Shown here in pieces: positions 50,416 through 61,909 of a stretch of 64,000 bases of DNA. The notes under the pieces are model-generated. The model made no database searches. It saw only the letters and a program-made list of their open reading frames with translations, and was not told the DNA's origin. The stretch comes from Chiloscyllium plagiosum (lineage: Eukaryota): positions 2,244,464 through 2,308,463 of the forward strand of contig NC_057751.1 in the NCBI RefSeq assembly GCF_004010195.1, written 5' to 3'. A program made the position numbers and the translations under genes. Each line of letters opens with the position of its first letter. Position 1 is the stretch's first letter.

Positions 50416-51109
50416 TGGAATGCAGGAAGGTATTTCAGAGACCAATTTCTCAAGGTAATCCCTGTCACCAAGTGAGAGAAAAGGGTGATGGTTGACATGA
50501 AACCTTCCAGTCAACTCAGGCGCAAATACGTATGAAGGGCAGACAGGGAGAATCTTTTCACCTCAGTACAGGGGTCAGGAACCAGGTAGCACACTTTGAA
50601 GGGAAGGAGCAGGAGCTTGAGAGGAGACTTGAGGAAGAAAATTTCACCTGGGGAGGGGCGGTGTATCTCTCAAACTCACTGCCTGGAAGGGTGGTAAACG
50701 CATGAATCCTTCAGGGCACGCGGGAAGTATTTAGAGGAGCACACCAAGTCCAAGGCTCGACGAAAAGAGCTGGAAAATGGGATTTTAACATAAATGACTC
50801 GTGTGCCCACAATCATAGAATTGTTCAGGAGCACAAGTCCTACCCTTGTTTTGTGCAAAAAGCTTTATTTTGTCGGCGGGCTGTGAAAAACAAAACAGAA
50901 AATGAAAAATAGCATGAGAGTTTCTCTCCCTCCCTCTTGTATTTCTTTGCCTTCTGGCAGATTTTGTGGGGGGGTTTTTTTCCATGAAAATTCCCTGGGC
51001 TGACGCACACCAATAAACTCTGGGACTTGTTTTTTTCCCCCCCCTGTGTGCGTGTGAAAGAATCTCTCTTTTTCATTTGTTGGAAGAAGTATAATTGAGG
51101 GGATGTTTT

Positions 51110-52020
51110 ACCTCAAGAGGAGCGGGGGTGCGCGTCCGACTGCCGGAGAAGCTTCTGGAAAGTTCGAGAAGGAAAAGTGGGGTGACAGAGCACATGCGCA
51201 GTGGGGAGCGGGGAAAATGGGTTACCGCCGATAAACCGGACAGTCCCCCTTTGTTTTCGGTGTGGGGGAAGACCAGGCGGAGTTACCGTTTTATTCGGGA
51301 AAGTTCGAGAAGGAAAAGTGGGGTGACAGAGCACATGCGCAGTGGGGAGCGGGGAAAATGGGTTACCGCCGATAAACCGGACAGTCCCCCTTTTGTTTTC
51401 GGTGTGGGGGAAGACCAGGCGGAGTTACCGTTTTATTCGTTGGTTCGTGTGATTTATTTTGAATATGTTTGAAATTCCCGCCTCGCGATAAGTGTCGGGA
51501 GGACCCCCGCGGTTTAACCTTCTCTGTCCCCGGCCCCACTCTCTCCCCCCCCCCTCCATTTGCATGTCTTCCACGACAGAACTTTCTCGGGGGGAGAAAA
51601 AAAGCCCCACAGACGGCTTGCTACCGATATAAAACAAAGATCCACGGGTTGCGAAACAAAAACAAAAACCCTGAGTGCTGGAGATCTGAAACAAAACCAG
51701 CAACGGTTGGAGAAACTCAGTGGGTCTGTGCAGAGAGAGAGAGAGAGACAGACACACACACACACAGAGGAAAGCAGGGTCAAGATTTCCATTCTGCTGT
51801 GACCCTCCTTCAGAACCACTTTGCTGCCCCCTCCACCGACCCTTGCCCGGGATCCAGACTGCTCTGAGCAAACTGGCAAATGGCACCCCGATCTCCCCTG
51901 CCGCAAAGTGAAGACTCGCCCTTCTTTGCCCGCAGTTCACCTTCACCGTCGCCATCAGTCATCTGCCTTGGTAAAACTGGAGAAGGTTGCAGGAGGGCCG
52001 CACCGCCATTCACGAGGCCA
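51110..52020. promoter_or_regulatory. CpG island / putative promoter
   Basis: Only non-repeat CpG-rich stretch in a CpG-depleted window; NRF1-like CACATGCGCA (two copies) and AAAATGG; minus-strand donor GAG|GTAAAA at 51112/51111. Confidence 0.7.
51157..51439 (+). repeat. tandem duplication, 141 + 142 bp
   Basis: 51157-51297 and 51298-51439 are identical except for one extra T in a T-run. Confidence 0.95.
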
Positions 52021-52829
52021 TGGCTGGTTTCATCTGATCGTCTTCACCTCCACTATGCAGCCTTTTCCTCATAACACCCGGTTTTCTCACTGAAAGAAAA
52101 AATCTATCACAAGCCTTGAATATACTTCATGACCCAGCCTTGACAGATCTCTGCGATAAATAATTCCACTGATTCAATCCACTCTGAGAGAAGAAATTCC
52201 TCATCTTTGTGTTGAGTGGGCGACACCTTATTGTGAGATCATGCCCTCAAGTCCTAGACTCTTGCACAAGTCATGAACAATCTCTCGACGTCTACCCTGA
52301 TAAGTTCTATCTAAATTTTATATACTTCAGTCAGGTCTTGTCTCATTCTTCTAACCTCCAATGAGTTCTTCACACTACTTGGGACTTGAACCTGAGCCTT
52401 CGCGCTTAGAGATAGTGATACTGGCCCTGTCCCCCAAGACCCCCTAAAAAAGCAGGTTCTCCAGACCTGAGATCAGCTGAGTGAAACTTTGCTGAACTGC
52501 CTCCATTGCAAAAATATCTCCCCTGAAAACTGGTCACTTTTCTTATTGCTCCTGTTTCTTTTTCAAACCAGAGACAGCAGTGGTTTCTCTTCCTGCTGCT
52601 GTACAGCTCCCGTTGACACCCAAGGGTGCCACCTTGTTTGACCCATTACACCATGCCACAATTCCTCTTGCTCATCCCCGTACTCTCCCGCCCACCCCCA
52701 GAACCATAATACACAGGCACATTGTAGGTTTTCACATGTATATGAACTACAGACATCATCTCTCAACTCATGCACTATTCCCAAATCTAAAATCCAGTGC
52801 TGAACGAGAAATGTTGTTGTGTACAATAT

Positions 52830-53815
52830 TCAAACCACTGATGTTTGCCTTGTCCATCAACTCCTCTCTCCCTGGAAACAATCTGCACAACCTTGGTGTC
52901 ACATTTGATCCATACATGAGCTCCCAACTTTATATTTGTGTGTGACTAAGGCCACTTATTTATGTAAATAAAAACCGAAAGAATTGTGGATACTGTAAAT
53001 CAGAAACAAAAGCAGAAGTTGCTGGAAAAGTTCAGGATCTGGCAACGTCCATGTAGAGAAATCAGTTAACATTTCAGGTCTGATGATCTTCCTCAGCACT
53101 TTGTCTGTTCTAAGGAAGGGTCACCGGACCCGAAACGTGAACTCAGATTTCTCATCACAGATGCTGCCAGATCAGCTGAGCTTTTCCAGCAACTTCTGTT
53201 TTTCATTAATTTATGTCCCTGCAACATTACCTTACTTCACCCGCTGCAGCTTTTCAATTGTTGAAAGTATCTTTACATATCACCAGAAGACTCAATGATA
53301 TGAATTTACACATTCAACTTAGATAAATTTGTGGTTATCTAAAGCTTTGCTACCTTTGTCTTAACTTGCAATAAGTGCAGTTACCCAATCACCTTGTGCT
53401 TGCTGATCTACAATGGCTCCCACTCAAGCCATGTGATAACTTAAAGTTCTTCTTGTTTTCAAATCCCTACAAAGCTTCACCCCTCAACACTGTCTCCTGA
53501 AACAGTTGATTCTCCTGTTCGATTCTCGAACGTCGATTCTCCTGTTCCTTGGATGCTGCCTGACCTGCTGCGCTTTTCCAGCAACACATTTTCAGCTCTG
53601 ATCTTATCCAGCCCCACAACCTCAGAGATTACTGTGTTCTATTAATTGTGGCCCCTTGTCCTCTTTCAAGATAGTGTTAAAACCTATCTGTGTGTAAGCT
53701 TTTGGTTATTTCACTTTGTATATCCCTTACTGTATCTCCAAAGTCATACTTGTTCTATAATGGCTTTGGGAAGCAAATTGGGATGTTTACTTAAATGTAA
53801 GTTGTTGTGAAACAC
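52830..53815 (+). mobile_element. old L2-like LINE 3' fragment with PLE-terminus inserts (about 52967-53207 and 53495-53602)
   Basis: NLGVTFDP..SS remnant, L.WLP-type motif near 53410, tail TTAAATGTAAGTTGTTGT. Confidence 0.6.
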
Positions 53816-53823
53816 TTTGACAT

Positions 53824-54543
53824 TGTGATATGAAGATGTGAGTGTACTGTACCTTTAAGAGTGTTAAAGGCTAGCAGAACTACCTGACACAGCACCAAAT
53901 GTTCTGAACAAGATACAATGTAACATTTGGTTGAACAATTCAATAAGCTGGTTGCTGAGAGACGGCAAAACACATTCGAATTAGGTCAATCAGTTTAAAT
54001 TATGCTCTGAAAAATACCAAACTCCAATCAAATTTGAATTTAATAGATTGACAATCTCAAAAGCCAATGACACAATCCGATGCTTTGGGGGTATAGGACC
54101 GGGGAAAATCGAGCAGTCAGGAGGAGAACTGCCAAGCCACTAGCATCTGCTGACTGCCCGGAGAATAGCTGTCTTAAATGTACCTTTATCGATCAGTAAC
54201 CTGTGAAACAGAAGTCCCTAAAAAGAAGAAAAGAAGACTGAGGAAGATATAAGAGAAGATTCAACATCTGGCTGGTTTTGAAAATTTGACTTTTTGATAA
54301 ACCTGAATCGAGAGTTTTATTGGACTAGTATTATAGAAGGGAAAGATAAAAGATAAGTGAGAGGAAGGAATTGTAAGTAGTTGTTAGTTAATTATTCTCT
54401 GTTATACCTGAAGAAATGAAGTTGTTCACTTTTACTTCAAATAGTTCTTGGCCTCTTGAATTTTCACAGATTATTGCACGGGATAAATCTTTTCTGTGTT
54501 GCTGGTTAAAATTAAGCAGGAGGGTTTACCCCATATCATAACA
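53824..54543 (+). mobile_element. solo LTR
   Basis: TGTGATA...TATCATAACA inverted termini, 720 bp, no coding content; TSD not evident. Confidence 0.7.
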
Positions 54544-55148
54544 ATTGGGAAATGTTCTAAAAATAAAAAGTGGTTCAACCTTAGTTTTGTTTATTCAATG
54601 ACTCATTCGCATCACAACTTTATGTGCTTAAAAATGTTATTCTGTAGTTTAATATTTCTTGATGTTTTACAGTTCTTTCACGTGAATTGCTTTTTCACAT
54701 TTTCAGAGATTGGTCAGACGTGATGGTTCAAATGATGTCCCCTTTGTGCTTTCTCAGTCCACCACTTGTCTCAGAGCACCTCCCTCTGGATCTAACAAAC
54801 ATAATATATGGTGAATTTTGTGTAACGACTAATTTTTCAAAGGGAAGCTTGATAAATTTATGTGAGAATACTGCTAGTTGCAGGGTGCTTTTCATTACTT
54901 TAGGTTGTATTCTACCAGCAGAAATATTACTGTTCGTTATTGAGCCTCGGGAATTTGGAAGACCAATTGCTGCCACTGATCTGGACCAGGCAAGACCTCC
55001 TTAAAACATTTCAAGAAGGTGGCCCAGACCCTAACTTTTCTAGTTCTTTTGAGTAGATGTTCATACAAAGTGGATTTTCATGTGGATATTCCAAGAGTGA
55101 AGCAGCTGGTCAAAATCCCTCAGTTTCAAACAAAACAGAATTCATTCA

Positions 55149-55250
55149 TAGAATTGATTCCTGATGAAGGGCTTATGCCTGAAATGTCGAATCTCCTGCT
55201 CTTTGAATGCTGCCTGACCTCCTGTGTTTTTCCATCACCACATTCTCGAC
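55149..55250 (+). mobile_element. about 100-bp hammerhead-bearing PLE terminus inserted in the 3' LTR
   Basis: CTGATGAAGGGCTTATGCCTGAAATGTC at 55161; TSD ACAGAATTCAT(T/C)CA at 55135-55148 and 55251-55264; empty site in the other LTR at about 61072-61086. Confidence 0.88.
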
Positions 55251-58200
55251 ACAGAATTCATCCACAGACTTCCGAAGAAACACAAACAAAAGAGAACACA
55301 ACATGGAATAACTTAAACCTATTCAAAAACCCAACAGACTAGCCTAACTTAGTGATGCTGTTCCAAATTCCTGCAACAATCCCCATAAACACCCCTTGGC
55401 AAAAAAGGGAAAATCAAATACAGGGCCTTACAGGAGAAAGAGATGGCAGAGAGATTCAGCATAGAACATCTTCTTACATGTAGCTGTTTCTTTCGGATTC
55501 CCAGCTAACAACTGTCCAGCAGCTCTGAACAGCCAGACTACTAAAAATGAAACCAAACCAGACCAGAGGAAAGATGAGCTGGGAGAACTGACCACTCCCC
55601 TTTCATTGTGCAAGTGTTTTTTTTTAACTTGAAAGCCATTTTCTCGAGGCAGTATCTGTTGTCAATAATCAAAACCCATCCAAACCAGGCACACTGGAAC
55701 CTGTGTCTTTATGACCCCTCTTAAAATAAACCAAGAACACCATAACCTTGTTAAATGAGCAGCGTTGTCACACCTACCCCCTTAAAAAAATGAATCATCA
55801 ATATTCGAATATGGCTTCATTTTAAAGCTCTTAATCTTACACTGTTAGTACACTACAGCACCGAAACACATTCCATTGACTATACACATGCAAACATACA
55901 CACTAAATTCTATTACAGTCTGTTTTACTCCTGCCATCCCATGCCTCCATTTCTCATCCAAGTTTCGACAATATGTCGGAAATCACATTTTCTTGTCCTG
56001 CCATATGCACAATTTTCAAGTTGAATGGCTGTAACAACAAGTTCCATCTAAACAGTGTGGAAGTATTGTCCTTAAATTTCTCCACAAACCTCAATGGGTC
56101 ATGAACAGTGTATATGATCGTTTCAGATACATTACTGGTAATATAAATGTTAAATGTTGCAATGCCCACCTCAAAATCTCCTTCTCAACTGTTGAATATT
56201 TTTGCTGATGAATGTTGAATTTCCTGGAGAAATACCTGATAGGTCTTTCTATCTTCTCGTTATCTTCCTGTAAGAGCAGAGCACCAACACTCGCATCACT
56301 TGCATCGGTAGCTATCTTGAATGGCTTTGTGTAATTAGCTGTGGCTCACACTGGTGCAATGGTTAACACAGCTTTCAGTCTGTCAAATGCCTTCTGACTG
56401 TTCACTGAAACTTCTTGCCTTACTTTTGTAATTCATTAAGTAGAGCAGCCACACTGCTAAAAGTTGGCACAAATTTTCGATAAAATCCACTCAATCCCAG
56501 GAATTGTAGTACTGCTCTTTTTGACAATGATATGGGAAACTCCCTAATTATCTTTGTTTTTGGATTCCGTGGGGCCATTTGTCCATGGCACAGGAAAGTG
56601 GCTTGGGCTTTGGCAAATTCACTTTTAGGTAGGTTTATCACCAAGCCTGCCTCCCGAAGTCAATCAAACAATTCTGATAAATATTGTAAATGTTCCTTCC
56701 ATGTGTGACTAAAAATCATCACGCCATCCATCTATGTATACGACACAATTGGGTAATCTGGAAGTGACCTTATTGGTTAGTCTTTGAAATGTAGCTGGTG
56801 CATTTTCCATAACAAATGGTCTGACTTGAAATTGATATAGTCCAATTGATACATTGTCTTCGCTCTTTCATACAATGGTCGAAAGTCCAACTTAGAAATA
56901 TAAGTTGCATGTCCCACCTTTTCAAAATAGTCTTCCAACGGTGGAATCGGATGTGCATCCATCTTTGTAACTGCATTGACTTTGCGATAGTCCATTATGG
57001 GTGAGCTCCAGTCACTGTAACTCACTTCGATTATGTCATCATGGAGCATGCGTTCAACCTCCTTTTCAACCTGTGCCCACTTTCGAGGGTTATGCTTATA
57101 AAGATGTTGCTTAATTGCTAGAGCATCTCTTACGTCTACATCATGCATAATTAGGTTCACACTTCCCAGCTTATTTCCACATAAATCCTCCTGTGATAGC
57201 AATAACTCTTTCAAGTCATTTTGATTTTCCTCTGGACGGTAACTCAATAATTTATCCCAATTTTTGACAACTTGCTCATTGTCCAATTTTATTTGAGGAA
57301 AGTCTAATTCAGAATCTTCTGAACTTGGTTCTTCACTCTGTGTTGCAACCAATGACACATTTTCTTTTTGCTGTCCTTCCCTATCAAAATACCTTTTAAG
57401 CATAATTCATATGACTCACTGTGAGCCTTGTTTTTGTCTCAAGTCCTTATCAAGTAGTTCATCTCACGCAATTTCCTTTTGACTTAACAAGATCCACAAA
57501 GCCTTGCTTTTAAATGTTCACCTATCTCTGATAACAAAATTGCAAATTTTTATTTCTTGTCTGCTTCCCAATTCATTGTATGCTGTGGTACTTTTAAATG
57601 CTGTCTTGCCATCTCCCCCACTCTATTTAATCATTCCCTAAATTCTGACACATAGTCCAAATATGGTCTGTTAATTCTTGCTTACCAATTTCTCCTTTAT
57701 CAATTTTAGCAGTTCTCTCAATTCAAGTCCAAAAACTAATTGAAATAGACTGAATTTCGTTGAATCATTTGCTGCATCTCTGTGAAAAGTACAAACAGAA
57801 TTCCCTTATCGCAATCATCTGGATCATCTTAACTATCAGCCCTCAGCATGGTCTTTAATGTCAGATGCAACCTTTCTAGCGCTGCCTGTGAGCCTGGATG
57901 GTATGCAGCAGATTTGAATTGCTTTACTCCTAAACTGTCCATATTTTCTTTGATTAATTTTGATGTAAAGTTTGATCCTTGATGATTGTATCTCTGTGGG
58001 TAGTCCATATCTAGTGAAAAAACGTAATTAACTCCTCTACAATCCTTTTAACTGTGATATTATGTCATGGAATGGCCTCTGGAAATCTTGTAGACATGTC
58101 CATTATTGTTAACAAATACTGATTCCCACTTTTTGTTTCAGGGAGAGATCCTATGCAATCAATGAAGACTCTTATAAAAGGTGCCTCAAATGCAGGAATA

Positions 58201-59180
58201 GGTATTAAAGGTGCAGGTTTTATGACTGCCTGTGGTTTTCAAATTACCTGATATGTATGACATGTTTGGCAAAATTCAACTGCATCCTTGTGCAGTCCAG
58301 ATCAATAAAAATGTTTTTGTATTTTAACTAGTGTTTTTCTTACCCCGAAATGACCCCCTCCTAGTAGTTCATGCGTCATCCATAACACCTCCTTTCGATA
58401 ACCCACTGGCAATATGACTTGACAAACTTCTGCACATTTCTCACCTGCCTAAATATGTGATGGTCTCCATTTCTTCATGAAGACATAATTCTTAAGATAG
58501 CAGCATTCCAGGATACTTTTAGATTCTTCTTCCATGTATGCTTTTTGATACAATTTCTCATCTTTCTTCTGTAAATAAGTTAATTACTCTGAACTAAAGA
58601 TGTCCACTTTGTCATTTATCTGTTCTTGTTTTGTCTCAACCATTTGATTAAACAGGATTTCTAATAATTCCACTTCAACTTTTGTATCTGTACTCTTTGA
58701 TCTCTCCTGTTTCAACTGGTGACTTTGTGACCTCATTACCACACAGTCTGGAAAATCTCAGGATATGTGTCCTGCAATAGTTCAGTTGCCTGGGTTTCCA
58801 CTGACTTTTCAACCACCGTAGACAGCACTCCTACCTGTGACTCAGCTTTATCATTTGCAAAGATACATCATAGTCCGAGAGCTGAGAGTCTGACCTGTAG
58901 TCCTACCGCGACTTCTCCACTCTTCACTTGACACTCTAACCTCACTCTACATAATTGACCACTTATTGTCTCATGTGAATTTCCGTTACTTGCACCTTTT
59001 CTCGCCATTATCCTTCGGAGGCACATATCTCCTCATCTTTCAACATCAAAGATTTACAAAGATCCTGTATCTCTTTATGTCTCTTCATAACCTCTTTACC
59101 TGCGGCTCCTGGCCAATGCGAGTAAACTTTACCTTTGCAGGTATATGGTTTAAGAAGATCTGGCACATCCTCCTTAACCA

Positions 59181-59469
59181 AGGGCAGCATGGTGACACAG
59201 TGGTTAGCACTGCTGCCTCACAGCACCAGGGACCCAGGTTCGATTCCAGCCTGAGGTGACTGTGTGGAGTTTGCACATTCTCCCTGTGTCTATGTGGGTT
59301 TCCTCCCACAAAGATGTGCTGGTTAGATGAATTGGCCGTGCTAAATTGCTTTTAGTGTTTAGGGATATTAGTCAGAGGGAAATGGGTCTGGGTGGGTTAC
59401 TCTTTGGAGGATCAGTGTGGATTTGTTAGGCCAAAGGGCCTGTTTCCACACTGTAGGGAATCAAATCAA
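59181..59469 (+). mobile_element. HE1 / V-SINE inserted in the gypsy element
   Basis: GGGCAGCATGGTGACACAGTGGTTAGC...GGTTCGATTCC; tail GGCCAAAGGGCCTGTTTCCACACTGTAGGGAATC. Confidence 0.9.
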
Positions 59470-61909
59470 CCTTTGACCAGGTTGTACATTCTGGTGCAAC
59501 TTTTTAGCATCCACTGTGCTCTCCATTCCCACTCCAACAAAATTCACTGGCTTATCCTGTTTTCCTACATCTGTCTTCCCAGTGCTTTTCCTAACCCACC
59601 AACACTGTGTATTCATATGGCTACTTTACTGCAATGATAACACCAGAGCTTTTTAACTTCTCTTTTCCCTTCAAGGGTTTCCATTTTATCCTGTGGTAAA
59701 TTATCCTTGTGATCTTCACCAAGATCTACCTTTCCCTTATTATGTGAGGATTTCTCTTTGAGCCAATTTCTATCCCTCACGGAATGAAATTGATTTTGGA
59801 CACCAAACTTTGATTTATGAACCAACTCATTATCATCAGTCCTTTCAGCTGTTCATCTTGCCATTTTAACTCTCTGCTCTTCCACGTGACTGCTCACTAA
59901 TTCAGGAAGTGGATTTTTGAACTCCTCCAAAGTAATCATTTCTGTCAGAGTGTCATGGGTTTGCTCTATTTTAATGCCCTTAGCCACCTATCAAAATTAC
60001 TTTGTTTGTTCCTTTCAAACTCACTGTAGGTTTGACCAAGGTCCCTCTTGGATTCCTGAAACATTGTCGAAAGGCTTCTGGCACAAGCTGAAATGCACTT
60101 AAGATGGCTTTCTTTACTTCCTCATATGCCCAAAATATCTCCTCTGAAAGTAATGAAAATACTGGGCTCTAACTACAAATTTTGTTTGCATCAACAAAAC
60201 CGATATGGTCACTGGCCCCTTCATTGTTTAGCCACCTTCTCAATTTAGATGAAAAAGGCTTCTACATCCTTCTCATCAAATTTAGGCAATGCATGAATAT
60301 GTTGACACAGATTCTCACCAGGGTTTTGGCTAACCTGGGTTTGCTCATCCTCACTCTCTTCCTCATCAAGCTTACCTTCACTTTTCATCTCCATCCTTTT
60401 AAGCTGACTTTCCTGTCTCAGTGCCAATTTCTGATGTACACATAACCCCACCTTCTTCCTTTACTCTCTCTCCCTTTCTCTTTTTGTTCTTTGAAAGGTA
60501 TTTGTTCTTTTTCTTTCTTTGAATCATAATTCAAAGTTTCATTTTTCCTTTCCTTTTCTTTTTCCTTCAACTCAAGCTGCTTCATTTGCAATTGAATTTT
60601 AGCCACCTCGAAAGATTCTGATAGCGTTTCCAGCATTTTTCAATGCTGAGCTATTGCTGTAGCTTTCTCTGTTTTCCTCATGGAAGGAGGCAGCTCCAAT
60701 TCCAGATTGTCTGCTAATTCCAACAACTTGGCCTTAATCACCTTTTTTAAACCCCCCAAAGTCACTTCTTCCACCCCCAGAAAACTCTTAGTGACTGAAA
60801 GAGCCATTGCTACACCAAGCACTGTTTAAATCAACCAAATTCATTACATGGATCAAAATACATGCAACACCTACCAATTGCTGCCTTTAAATCCAGCAAC
60901 CCAAATCCCAAATTGGAACTATAGAACAAATTCAGGATGAGTCCCTAGTCTGTTATGGACCAGGCCAGATCCCCACAAAGCATTTCAAGAAGGTCGCCCA
61001 GATCCTAACTTTTCCAGTTGTTTTGAGTAGGTGTAATGTGGATATTCCAGGATCTCTCGGTTTTAAACAAAACAGAATTCATTCACAGGGTACCGAAGGA
61101 AACACAAACAAAAGAGAACAGAATACAAAATAACTTAACCTATTCGAAAACCCAACAGACTATCCAAACTTCATGGTGCAGTTCCAAATTCCTGCAACAA
61201 TTCCCCCGTGGTAAAAAAGGTAAAATGAAATACAGTGGGGAGAGATGGCAGAAAGATTCAGCATGGAATACTTTTTTTCCATCTAGCTGTTTCTTTTGGA
61301 TTTCTAGCTAACAACTGACTAGCAGCTCTGAACAGCCAGTTTGCGAAAATCCAAACCAAACCAGAGCAGAGAAAAGCTGAAGTAGGAGAACTAGCCACTC
61401 CCCTTTCATTGTATGTGTTTTTTCTAAACTTGAAAGCCTTTTACTTGAGGCAATATCTGTTAACTATAATCAAATTGGCCATAAAACCCCTCCAAACCAG
61501 ATACATCAGAACCTGTGTCTTTACAACCGCTCTGAGAAATAAATAAGGACAACAAAAACTTGATAATTTGACAGATTTAGGCACATTTGTTCTTGTTTCA
61601 AAAGATGGCACTCTGAGAAGATGGTATCGGAGTTTGTAGATTGGGACTGCATACTCCTGACTTATATTTACGTGTATAGATTTGGGGTTGACACTGAGAC
61701 CTGCAGCCTGTGACACAGAGGAGTCCATCCAGCCAGGAACTGAGCCTCGGAGTACAGGAATAACAGAGTGGGAAATTTGATAGCATAGCAGCAATTCACT
61801 GGACTAGTAATCCAATGCACCAGTTTAATGTTCGGGGACATGGATTCAAATCTCACCATGTCATTAGTAAAATGTTAATTAAGTCGAAATGTGAAATTAA
61901 AAGTGAGCT

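Larger units (their letters stand above)
54977..61573 (-). mobile_element. degenerate Gmr1-type Ty3/gypsy LTR retrotransposon (gag-PR-INT-RT-RH)
   Basis: LTRs 60951-61573 and 54977-55772; PBS-like rc TAGGGACTCATCCTG (tRNA-Pro type) at about 60933-60947; PPT at 55773-55783; gag LPKFDEKDVEAFF and CYHC knuckle; INT HHCC GGHFG..FCQTCHT at about 58250-58380 plus rve core; RT WSSPI..DYRKVNAVT at 56900-57120; RNase H 55960-56350. Confidence 0.92.

Noticed and set aside
51095..52093. Cluster of overlapping ORFs up to 176 aa
   Set aside because: Explained by GC richness, the tandem duplication, microsatellites and a PLE-terminus fragment near 51655-51735; no protein signature
56777..57403. 208-aa ORF as a functional RT gene
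   Set aside because: Fragment of the gypsy pol with internal deletions and surrounding stops; not intact
11930..59469. tRNA-like A/B boxes as tRNA genes
   Set aside because: All continue into SINE bodies and tails (or the LINE); no standalone cloverleaf gene seen
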